Assembly: GCA_051294905.1 (NCBI GenBank)
Contig: CM119375.1
Span: forward strand, 7,068,001-7,132,000
From: Botryllus schlosseri
Taxonomy: Eukaryota
Direction of reading: 5' to 3'
DNA: 64,000 bases
Positions 49,301-58,835 of the stretch are shown here, piece after piece. Made by a program: the position numbers and the translations under genes. The stretch's first letter is position 1, and every line of letters starts with the position of its first letter. The notes under the pieces were generated by a model. It saw only the letters and a program-made list of their open reading frames with translations. It was not told where the DNA came from and did not search any database.

Positions 49301-52247
49301 TACAAAGCTACGTACGTTGATGAAAATGAAATGTCTGTCGGGATGAATCTACAGGATAGAGCATACATACATCTTTTGCAGACGACCGGGGCTCACGACT
49401 TGGAGCATTTCGAGATAGGAAACAGCCATTACCTGGCTGTCGCCAACTATTACGACTACAGGAAGAAGTCGTACAAGGTGAACTCCGTGGTTTACCGCCT
49501 GTCGGAATCGCGCGGAAAGTTTCTGAAGATACAAGACATACCCACCACCGGGTAAGTTCAAGATGCGGTGTATTCAGAGGTGCATGGTCAAAGTAGTTTG
49601 TGTCATGTACTCAAGTATAAGTCTAGTGCTAGTCGTACGTTTAGACCCAATTGGTGGTAGAAATAGTGATTTTCAGGACATGATTAATCTGACTAGTGCG
49701 AATGGAAATAGAACATGAAGAGATCCGAAAAGTATTCGAATATATGTAGGATTAAAAAGTGGATTCGGTTGAGACGTTCCGTTGGTACAGTCGATCGAAG
49801 GTGGCTACAATCGAAACAACAAGATAGATCTTCACGAATAAAGTAAAATATCTGATGACACTGCAGATAGGTGCAATTTTTTAAGATATACCCAGTTCTG
49901 TCGTTAATTGTTCATGAAAGTGGAAGTATATAGTCAAAAAACGTAATCACTCAATAGTTATCTGGGTGAAACCTACTCATTTCATTCATAAATGTCATGG
50001 AAACGCATCCCAAAACGATTTTACACTTTACAAAATTAAAAGTTGCAAAAGGATGTCGTTTTTACTAAAACTGCTAAGCAGAAGTGAAAATAATCAAGTA
50101 TACAACTTGGCCAAACGTACTTGGGTATCGTTCGTAAACGTGCTGGAAACATATCTGCAAACAAGTCTACACTTTATCAAATCCAAAGTCACCAATGTTA
50201 GTCGTGTTGTAAATGATTATCCAGTAAAAGTGGAAGTAGTCTTAAAATATAACCACTCGAGTATATGTACACTGTGATTCAGCAAATCTACGCAAGGACA
50301 CCGGAAAAGTAGACGTATACTTCGCTCCTGACCACCACCTAACATATTTCGCCATTAGCTTACTTGTAAACACGGGCACGTTATCCGTTTGTTTATCAGG
50401 GCACTTGATTGGGAATACTTCACCGTCGGTAAGGATTCGTACATTATCGCCGGCAGTTCGGAAGACGGTAAATCCAAGATTGATAACACCATATATCGGT
50501 AAGTGCGCCGCGTGACGCGTCTCCTACTGATAATAATATTCGCGACAAAGGTTAAGTGACGTTATGTGACATCTTTCTTGGTGGTAATGTCTCGGGATGT
50601 TGGTTGGATTAGTAAGTTGTGAGAGAGTAAATGTAACTGTGGCGGAGTGAATAAGCTTCTGTGATTTCCTGTGTAGGGTGAGTGCTGAATTTGATGACGC
50701 TTGTAAGATTTTTCGACGACTCTCACGTTTGAATTACGCTTTTATTATGTCATATGTGAGATTGTCGATAGACGATATCTCCATATACCTTATATACACA
50801 CGATAGATTAGTTTGAGCATGTCTTACTATACCCACGCAGAGATGAGTATATCACATTTTCAATCCAAAACCTGTTCCTTATTTGAGAATCGGATCCAAG
50901 ACCAAATCCGTTGTTAATTCGCGCCAAGTCCAACTCTCAAGGCCGATGGTTGGGATATCGACCTCGCCTACTTAGTACTCACACAGGCCGCATCATTTTG
51001 ACCACTTGTCCTTTTTTGTTCTGTTCTCGCCTATTAAATTTATTTAAGTTTGTAGTGTGCACTCAACATTATAGGGTTGTTTTACTTTAAATTATACCGG
51101 CTCTTCGTTAAAACTGTTAGGTTGGCATATTTGGCATTTGAAATAATAGTATTACGGTGGGTATTTCTAGAAGAAAACTCTCAAAATTAAAACTTTTTTA
51201 CCCCTACACTTCGCTCTACTGGTTGGAATTGAACGAAAATTTGGTATGTGTCGGTTTTAGACGACTTAATAATTCCAAGGGGTTGACAGTAATATTTTTA
51301 TTTAATAAAATATAATATTCTGAGTCTGATAGCTCCGCTTCTACAGGTTGGAATTAAGCAAAATTTGGTGTGCAGCGTTTTTGTACCCCACGTTAAAATT
51401 TTATAAAATATAGCCAGTAAAATTTGACGAGAAAGATTATTTTTGATCAATCCTACTACATATCTATTTACATCTTCCATGCCTAATTTTTGTGTGTTAA
51501 ATTAAAATACTACTACAATTCGTATTGACCTGTAGTATTAGAATTAATAAAATAAATAATGTAACAGATACTTTCTGGTAGGGCGCGGGCTTTTCCAAAA
51601 TTGTCTTCGATTTGTGTGGCTGTTCCTCCGCGCGGTACAACCCCATCCTGCGCTAGTAATAAATCATTCTCATGCCATCGCACAATCTGCGAGAGTCGTG
51701 CCGAAATGTCGGCCTTGTCGGGTGTAAGATATCTTGTACAACTTTTATTTTCTTGTTAATAATTTGACTTTAGGAGACGGATTTACGACCAGGCAGTATA
51801 ATCGCAGAAATATTCGCGTTAGCCGCTCCGAATTCCATCTATACGAAACTATGTACTCGGTCAACGGCTGACTATACGCCGGCGTAATTACGACGCCAGG
51901 AAATGAGCGCTTCGGTGTCGGGCGGTTTGTGAAACAATATCGCCAAACACAATAACCCGCATAAATATACACAAATACGTTTTATTGCCCGAGTCAACAC
52001 GTTTCAAGACGCGCGATCAATATTGACAAATGTCGGTTTATCTCGGCGAGCAAACCCTCAACCAAGTCTGTTTAATCACCTGTTTCGCAGATGGCAAGGC
52101 GCGGAACGCTTCGTGCCGGTGCATACGCTGTCCGTATACCCGTCGTCTGACTGGGAAATGCTGGACATTGGCAACGGGGAAAAGTACCTGGTGTCGGCTA
52201 ACGTGAAAGGGAAGAATAATAAGATTCTCAGGATACTTACGTACTGA
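25316..52247 (+). CDS. TSPEAR: Thrombospondin-type laminin G domain and EAR repeat-containing protein, 14 exons, 663 aa
   Basis: Exons: 25316-25403, 28516-28609, 31024-31174, 31268-31464, 32470-32560, 33400-33508, 33575-33718, 35873-36111, 37927-38140, 46094-46173, 46255-46413, 49382-49551, 50400-50498, 52091-52247 (1992 nt, phases consistent, GT-AG). Hydrophobic N-terminus (RRLILICYAVYVLPVLP), LamG/TSPN motifs (FPSEFSF, DGKWHDLIVAV, DCG, GLMQQL, GSDAT), and seven EAR/EPTP repeats (e.g. AQDWEYFRIG..FLACAN, GALDWEYFTVG, RWQGAERFVPVHTL). Exon 1 and the exact exon 3 acceptor (31024 vs in-frame 31039) are less certain than the rest. Confidence 0.93.
31655..31940. repeat. Tandem duplication, 2 x ~146 bp, in TSPEAR intron 4
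   Basis: GACAAAACACGGT(T/C)TGACTCCAATCACCC... starts at 31655 and again at 31801, near-identical through AAGTTACAACTTTTT. Confidence 0.9.
38816..39176. mobile_element. Mutator-like MITE with inverted arms made of 16-bp tandem repeats
   Basis: Left arm repeats ACCGAGAATGGACAYY, right arm the reverse complement (CATTCTCGGT..); 9-bp TSD CATAGAATG at 38807-38815 and 39177-39185. Confidence 0.8.
43344..43968. mobile_element. hAT-like (Buster-type) MITE in TSPEAR intron 9
   Basis: CAGCGGGTCTGAACC / GAGAACCACTG ends; TSD CTTTAGAC/CTTTAGAA. Confidence 0.78.
44053..44567. mobile_element. MITE family G (TAGGGCTGGGCA ends); related ends at about 6290-6390 and 49058-49075
   Basis: TAGGGCTGGGCAAAATCGA / TCATTGTGCCCAGCCCCA ends; ATCGCTAC flanks both sides (offset by 2 nt on the left). 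Confidence 0.7.
49073..49259. repeat. 40-bp minisatellite, about 4.7 copies
   Basis: Unit ATGATTCGAGTATTCGAATCTGAATCGAGTATTAATCCTA starts at 49073, 49113, 49153, 49192 and 49232, directly after a TAGGGCTGGACAC family G end. Confidence 0.92.
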
Positions 52248-52260
52248 TAGGCAGACCGGA

Positions 52261-52278
52261 TGCGCATGCGCATGCGCA
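52261..52278. promoter_or_regulatory. Two overlapping NRF1-type palindromes (TGCGCATGCGCATGCGCA)
   Basis: Exact match to the YGCGCATGCGCR consensus twice, 14 nt after the TSPEAR stop codon. Function inferred only. Confidence 0.35.
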
Positions 52279-54947
52279 CACGTATCGGTGGGTTTGGATA
52301 ACCCCTTGAAGGCGCCTTTGAAATCTTTACTCCTTTGGATGCTGGAAGAATTCTTTGAATGGTGGAGAATAGTACATGTAGATCTACAAACTGATCAGTG
52401 CAAACAGTTCTACAAAACCTCGCGAAGACGGATGTGTCTGGAATGAGCCGGGTTGGTCAACGTAGCCGACATTGCCACTCAATTTGGTGTAGAAGCAGCG
52501 AATTCAATGACATGTCAGAACTATTCGAAGCGGGAGTAGAAATTAAGTCTGAAAGTACACAAGTAGTTGGGGAGGGGTCGCATGCTTTTAGCGGCTAGTC
52601 GGAGGTGGGTACTTTCCAAATTGAAAGATCTATTTTCGCATCTAACGCGACATGACTAATGACACTACAAACAGGTGAATACTTTTAAAATATATTCCGG
52701 TTTCCGTGATACAGGTGCTGTTTCACCTTTCACCCATTTCTTATGACAAATTCACTCGTAAAAGCGATGCTCTCGTCCCAAAAGTATACCGAATACAAAA
52801 TCCGAATTGTAAAAGTAAGTAGTTTTGACTAAAAAGCTGCTTAGTAGAAATTGAAGTTGAGTGAGTACCCCAGACTTGAGCACCCCTTGAAAGTAAACGT
52901 GTTTCAATACTGACCACCTTTTGGCATAAGACTGTGATTTTGAGACCCACACCACTTAGAAAGTGCTCGAAATGAGTCAGACGAGGTGAAAAATCTCTAA
53001 ACCTCAACCGGTAGCTTGGTAACTTATCATTCCTCCAATTCTGGACATCGCACAGGCGTGACGCATTCTCGAAAGTACAAATCCCGATTCGCGAGGTAAC
53101 TGAAGGATCATTCGACCCTCGCAAGTGTGGGGTCATTGGACACGTCACGATACATCCGTGGTATCCGCCCGTGCCTGTTGCTTTCACACCGATAAGGTTT
53201 CGGTGAAGATTGGTCGCGAAATCTCCTGGTGGGATCACGCGTGTCTTTGATTTATGAACAAATTTGCCACGCTAGGTCTTGATGGAACTTTGAAACTCGG
53301 ATCATACTTACGCGTTCTGCGTTATACCCGCAATACTATTTATTTATTGATGTTTGGTGTTCAGTTTGCACATGCGACGATATGTGTGTGAGACGCCACT
53401 TGAAGATGTGGCAAACTTATGCGTCGGACACGTTATTTTATATTTGATACCGATGTCATATAGCTTTAATAAAAATAAGTCTTTTGAAGGAACAATATAT
53501 CAAATCGGTCAATATCGGATAGGATTAATCTATTGAACAATTTCGAATATCGTTTTCCTCGTGGATGCAGTCATAAGACAGACACGCAGAATTTTACGAT
53601 TTTGTAAAACTAACGTGTAAAATGGTGCATCTTTTTATTTCATTTTTATCAAACTGACCCATCGCAAAATTTCTGAGTGAAAGATTACGTGTGGACGAAT
53701 TTAATTTGAGTGGCCGTCTGTAAGCGAAGGCCGTAAGTGTCTCTGCCGGGCCGTAGATGCTTACGAGAGTGGAATAATTATGATGAAAATCGCGAATCGC
53801 ATTGTATAACGAAAGAGATTACTATTTTCACTCGTATCAACCTCAAGTGCACTTATTTATTCGTATAAGCTTCATACCGGTACAGTTTGTACTATATACT
53901 TTACTTTTCGATACTGCCACTGTTATTTTTCGTGTATGATTGTGACCACGTAATGCAAAATATAGACTATCACGCGAATGTCTTTGTCGTAATCTTTCGT
54001 TAATGATTATTATCTGTTGTGTATATTTGGAATGAGACGACACTTCAATAATAGCAGTCCGATTTCTGGATTGAAACCGGAGCAAGAAGAACAAAGTTAG
54101 GCGTATTGTATCTAGATTAAGCTGTAAACCACAACACTGGATAATGGATGGATGGTGCTTATTGCTCGATGGTTCCCGCTTGTACTTGCCGTGTTAACAA
54201 TGATACTGATAGCGGCGGGAAGTCTCCGTGGCCTTGTGGTTTATGGTCGATAAGAGACCATGGTTCATTATGCCTCGCCCAATGTGTCGCTGAGAAAATG
54301 TAGAATGCTCAGGAACATGCTACAGCAGGAAATTGTAAATGTGTACTGTTTCCTGCCCATGTAGACGAGACCACCAATTCCCGAATGACGAATTACCAAT
54401 GTCAACGCAGGGCTAGCAGGAAAGCCAGATATGCCATCATGAGATCTAAAGCTATTCATGGACATTGGACGACTATCGACATTCCCACTCCAATGTTGCA
54501 GTGCTTCTCAACCTTTTTAGCGCTCGTACCCCTTGTGCTTTTAATAAACTTTCTCATATTTAAGAGAACTTCTGATTTGGGTTATTTCATCACTAATACC
54601 CTTCTCACTCACGACCAACCAACGAACACACTCCTTCCTTATCGAATATAGCCAGGTATTCATGAACGCAAGACTTATCTATTTATTTCTATCGACTCAG
54701 TACTATTCGCAGAGTTGCTAATGCATGTGCGTCGAACACATGCCATTGTTGTGACCCGTGGCGGGATTTATATCCAGCGCCGAAATACCGAAGTCGAATG
54801 ATCATTGATCACTTCAGATACCAGTAGGCTGCACGGCGCAAAGCCCCCGACGGCATCAAGTTATACTATTAATATACCGTTCCCTCATAATTCCATAGAC
54901 GGCATGACTCATTTCTTTAATTATGTGTGTGTGTGTGATTGATACTT

Positions 54948-55139
54948 CAATATTCCCTCTAATTTTTGACGAGTATGCGCAGACTCGCCAACTTACTGCG
55001 CAGACCCTTGGACAACAGTGCATAACGACTAAAAAAGGTCATCGCTTCGGATTTATTGTGCGCAAGTGAGATTTTCTGTGCGCAGAGACCGTGTCAGCAC
55101 TGCGCATTTGCGCACGTGCGCAGCTTAGAGGGAACATTG
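54948..55139. mobile_element. MITE with CAATRTTCCCTCTA / TAGAGGGAACATTG TIRs
   Basis: Inverted termini are visible and a related copy lies at 1-84; no clean TSD. Confidence 0.75.
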
Positions 55140-56147
55140 AATACTATTATTTTGGGAGATGGTATCTATATTCAAATGAAAAAGTCGAGAGACATGTTAG
55201 TTTGCAAAATAAATTTGGGCTCTACATGTCGTATGACTATAATTCCCCTGGTTAAAAACCCATGTACCGATTCTTCACCAGATTCAGATATATACCCCTA
55301 TCGGGTCGAAACCCGTGATTATCGACGATCTACTGCGGCGTGGCCCGCAGCAGCTGAAGGAAGAGCTTGTGAATGTTGTCAACTACCTGACTCATTGACG
55401 CATTCTAGCGGATGGTATTCATCAATTAATCGAAGCGGATTACGCTTGCTATATATCAACTTCTATCAGGCACTTAGCGTATGCGATTTCCAAACATTCA
55501 ATTTTGACCCCGAGCATCTCAATGGAGTCTTACCCTGGTAAGCAATCCTGCTTGCTTATATGGTGACGTATCATGAATTAAGAGCAGCACGTAGCCTGCT
55601 GTGGGCTTGATCCGAAATCACACAACATCAAGAGAGAAATACGCTACCGGCTACCCTACATGTAGGTAGTCAACGAATGATGCTTATTCAGTATTCACCA
55701 ATCAATGAGATTGATATCGCTGTCACATATGGTGTTGTTCTTTTCACGCTGATTTGATGCACAGAGCATTTTGTGCACCAGTAATCAATATTAATGTATT
55801 AGATGTGTAGGCCTAGTTACAATAGTAGTGCGATGTATTTTTGTTTTTATTACGCAACTAAAATCAGGGGCTCTGTGCGAATGCTTGTAGACTAGCGTAA
55901 GTGTTCCCCAGGCCCGTAAAGGTTAAGAGCCTATGCTCAGAAGCTATTTCTTTCGTGCTGACACAACTGAGAAGTCGTATAGTAGGATATCGGCTACCCT
56001 TCAGTAAATCTTCTAATGAGGGCGATCCGTTGCATGTTTTTTTCGAAATGTGTGGAATTTATTTGAAATATTCACAAACACGAAAGAAATTGAAAATGAC
56101 ACACCAATTTACGAGACATCGCATATTAACTTATTAACGACTGGAGC

Positions 56148-56239
56148 TGAAATTTCGGAGATGAAACATTTCGTTTTGCTGACAGACTATATACAGACGG
56201 ACTGGTCAAATGACGAAATGTTTCATCTTCGAAATTTCA
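56148..56239 (-). other. 27-bp near-perfect inverted repeat spanning the Elongin A-like stop codon
   Basis: 56148-56174 TGAAATTTCGGAGATGAAACATTTCGT vs 56213-56239 ACGAAATGTTTCATCTTCGAAATTTCA: 26/27 complementary, 38-nt loop. Confidence 0.9.
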
Positions 56240-57254
56240 TCCTTCTGATGGTTTGCATAGTCTTGGCCATCAATGGTGCGAAACGGGGCTTCTTGACTTG
56301 GTGCTGCATTCGCTCCTTTCTATCAACGGTGGCCTTGACTGCGACGGCCGTACGAGAATCAGCAATATTTCTTTTGGCTACTACAGAATGTGGAACCACA
56401 CTGCCGGAAGGTCCACATCTTCCAGCACCGCCGCTCTTCTCCTGTACCCGACGTAAACTCGGTGGACGTCTGGCATTCGCTCCAACATATGCCAACATTA
56501 CCTTCTTCTCCAAAGGCTTCTTTTTGGCTTCCTTGATCTTGATGGTTTGCGTTAATCTGGTGAGTTTACGTTCACGTTCGTCGGTCAATCGAAAGTACAT
56601 CTCTCTCCACGATTCCATTTCAGTCGGCCTCTGCCATATGAATTCATTCGCGCAATGCATCTTCCACAGTACATCAGTGTCTTTCAGAAGATATTGATTC
56701 GAGTCCTCCAGTCTGTACAGTTGCTCGGGAGAGCATTTCTTCAGAACCGGTTGAACGGTATCAAACGGTATTCCGCCCAGAGTACTAATCGCGTTGATGT
56801 TATTCTTCAAAGTCATCATGCATTGGTCGAACAATGACATCATAGTCGGTAAAACAGCCCCACGGCCACCAGAGTAAACAAGCAATTTCTTAGTTTGTCT
56901 TTTGGCATGAAGATCAGCAGCTTGACTATCAGTGAGGCACGTTGTTTCGGGTATGACGGAAGACGGTTCCGGGATTGGTCGTAGTCTGGATGGCTGTTGG
57001 ATTTTTGGTAATCGGGGAATGATTTTCGGTCTTTGGGAATCCGCGGGTGGATTGACGGGTCTGGAATCTAATTTTATCTTTTCTCGATTCGTGATAATGT
57101 CAGTAAAAAGACAATTTGCGTCGTGGATTTTGCGCTTTCCGCATTCGACTCTGGATTTCTTTTTTTCCTGTTCGGAACCTTTGGTATTCTTCACAAATTT
57201 GCGCTTCTTCGATGGTGCACGGTCACATTCCGAATCTCGAAGTCTCTTCGTCAT
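56223..57254 (-). CDS. ELOA: Elongin A-like protein (RNA Pol II elongation factor SIII subunit A), single exon, 343 aa, lacking the N-terminal TFIIS-like domain
   Basis: Uninterrupted ORF with VYSG..LPTMMSLFDQCMMTL (BC-box), LGGIPFDTVQPVL (cullin-box region), CSPEQLYRLE, TDVLWKMHC, ESWREMYFRL and the conserved C-terminal APLMAKT..FRR. An in-frame TGA lies 6 nt upstream of the ATG. AATAAA on the minus strand at 56058-56063. The symbol denotes the family; 1:1 orthology is not established. Confidence 0.92.
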   Translation of the reverse strand: MTKRLRDSECDRAPSKKRKFVKNTKGSEQEKKKSRVECGKRKIHDANCLFTDIITNREKIKLDSRPVNPPADSQRPKIIPRLPKIQQPSRLRPIPEPSSVIPETTCLTDSQAADLHAKRQTKKLLVYSGGRGAVLPTMMSLFDQCMMTLKNNINAISTLGGIPFDTVQPVLKKCSPEQLYRLEDSNQYLLKDTDVLWKMHCANEFIWQRPTEMESWREMYFRLTDERERKLTRLTQTIKIKEAKKKPLEKKVMLAYVGANARRPPSLRRVQEKSGGAGRCGPSGSVVPHSVVAKRNIADSRTAVAVKATVDRKERMQHQVKKPRFAPLMAKTMQTIRRMKFRR

Positions 57255-58036
57255 TTTTCACTTTCGAAATAAATGACTCAATTGACTATATTAACAATTT
57301 CTTATGAACACAACGCAGTATAGTCGAATACGCTGTTACTTGCACACCGGCACGTGTTCAACTGATCGTATTCACCGTCGCGGGCAACGTTTAAGTACTT
57401 AACACAGAAGGCCCTTATCAAGGGTATATCACATAGAAAAACTGGGAAGCGAGACATCCGAGGCGCGAGATGATAAGCATGGGAAGAGGAAAACTTATAA
57501 TGGAGTCGGGAAGCGCAGTGCTTATCTTTGCTTCGACGCTGGAGATGATCAGCATGCGTAAGTGCATATCGAATTTGATCACACTTGATTACACTTGAAA
57601 GAAAAGGAAGACTCACCCAACGTTCGCGTAACACATAATTATAGCTCAGAGATTCCTCCCCCGGCCGCAAGCGGCCACAAACTAGAGCGTTCTTGCAGGT
57701 CTCATTGAGCCCTGAATTTATCCTTTATCTGGTTTGTTTCTTTGTTCCAATAAATAGATTACAGGCACAGACTCTTTATGTGAAGAACCCATGGCGATAT
57801 AATTTTACTAGCATGACAATAACCAATTATAGCTAAGCATATATCGTAATAATTCCAGCATCGGTCCGCGTATATTTCCACCACAAATTTGTGAGGATGA
57901 AAGTATGACGACGTATATCTTATGTTTTCGTAAGAATATGCATTAACAGCTTGTTTTATTGAATGGCACTCGTCAATTTGCGTCTATCAATGCTAAAATA
58001 ACCAATATAGCATCTATAGAAGTGCATGCTCTAAAT

Positions 58037-58835
58037 CAGTGATTCCCAAACTGTGTGTCGCGGCACATTAGTGTGCCACAACAGATTCTCAGGTGTGCCG
58101 CGCATCTTTTTGTAAATTTGTTCATAATTTTCTAAAATGAGGCTTGTAGACTAGGATATGCGACTCGAGCGCGCTCAAATTGCTTCATCGCTGATAAATT
58201 ACCACACGTGGTCATTACAATGGAAACAAACCAATCACAGCATTGCTGATGAGTTGGGTATTTGTCACATCATCAGCGGGCTGCTAGTTGTGTCGAAAAA
58301 GGTCTTTATTTGTTTCAAGTTACTATTAATCAACTCGAAAACGAAAAATTACCCCGCGAAACGTGAGCACGCTGCCAGGACTTCATCGTGCACTGCAATA
58401 TTACTTTTCAGGATGTGTTGTTCACTTTACGTGGGTAGTGCATTTAGAAATAACGAATCCAGCAATCTTTTAGCAGAAGAACAGCTCATTGACTTACGAA
58501 CCTCCCCATTTTTTAAAACGCTGTTATCCGAAAATGGATGAGTTTTGGCTGTTTTCCTCCACATCCTATTCCATGATTGGTATAAAATCAATCTGAATTT
58601 TAGGACAATATGGATCTTCATGACTATGTGAACAATGCTTTATTGTTTTGACTGAAATTAAAAACCGTACACGAGATAGACTGCTTGGAATTGAGGACGA
58701 AATGCAGGTATGTTTGTCAACAATGCAACGCAACCTCGTAAATTATTTTCTAACTGCAACTTTCTTGTAAGTCTGCCGTGAGTGTTTTATAATATTTCCA
58801 GCGTGCCACAAGCAAAAAAAGGTTTGAAACAGCTA
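58037..58835 (+). mobile_element. Internally deleted Buster/Charlie-type hAT transposon with decayed transposase C-terminus
   Basis: Left end CAGTGATTCCCAAACTGTGTGTCGCGGCAC; TSD-like CTCTAAAT/CTTTAAAG. About 58480-58770 translates with stops and a frameshift as EEQLIDL..DEFW..SY..GSS*LCEQCF..TEIKNRTRDRLLGIEDEMQVCLS, matching the hAT dimerisation-domain pattern (EQLI..FW..Y..STYLCE..FS..K.K.R.RL..DLR..LS). Confidence 0.8.

Noticed and set aside
52339-52539. Short ORF with in-frame TGA in a CxxU-like context (MCLE*AG), suggesting a selenoprotein
   Set aside because: No similarity to selenoprotein families I know, no well-formed SECIS in the next few hundred bases, and it probably lies in the TSPEAR 3'UTR.
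52741-53238. 165-aa minus-strand ORF between TSPEAR and the Elongin A-like gene
   Set aside because: No recognisable motif or coding-type composition; probably within 3'UTR or repeat sequence.
56050-56697. 215-aa plus-strand ORF antisense to the Elongin A-like gene
   Set aside because: No recognisable domain, and mostly the mirror of a real coding sequence; long antisense ORFs are a common by-product.
57302-57670. 122-aa minus-strand ORF just upstream of the Elongin A-like ATG as a missing N-terminus
   Set aside because: Different frame, ends in its own stop, and has no TFIIS-N similarity; likely promoter or 5'UTR sequence.
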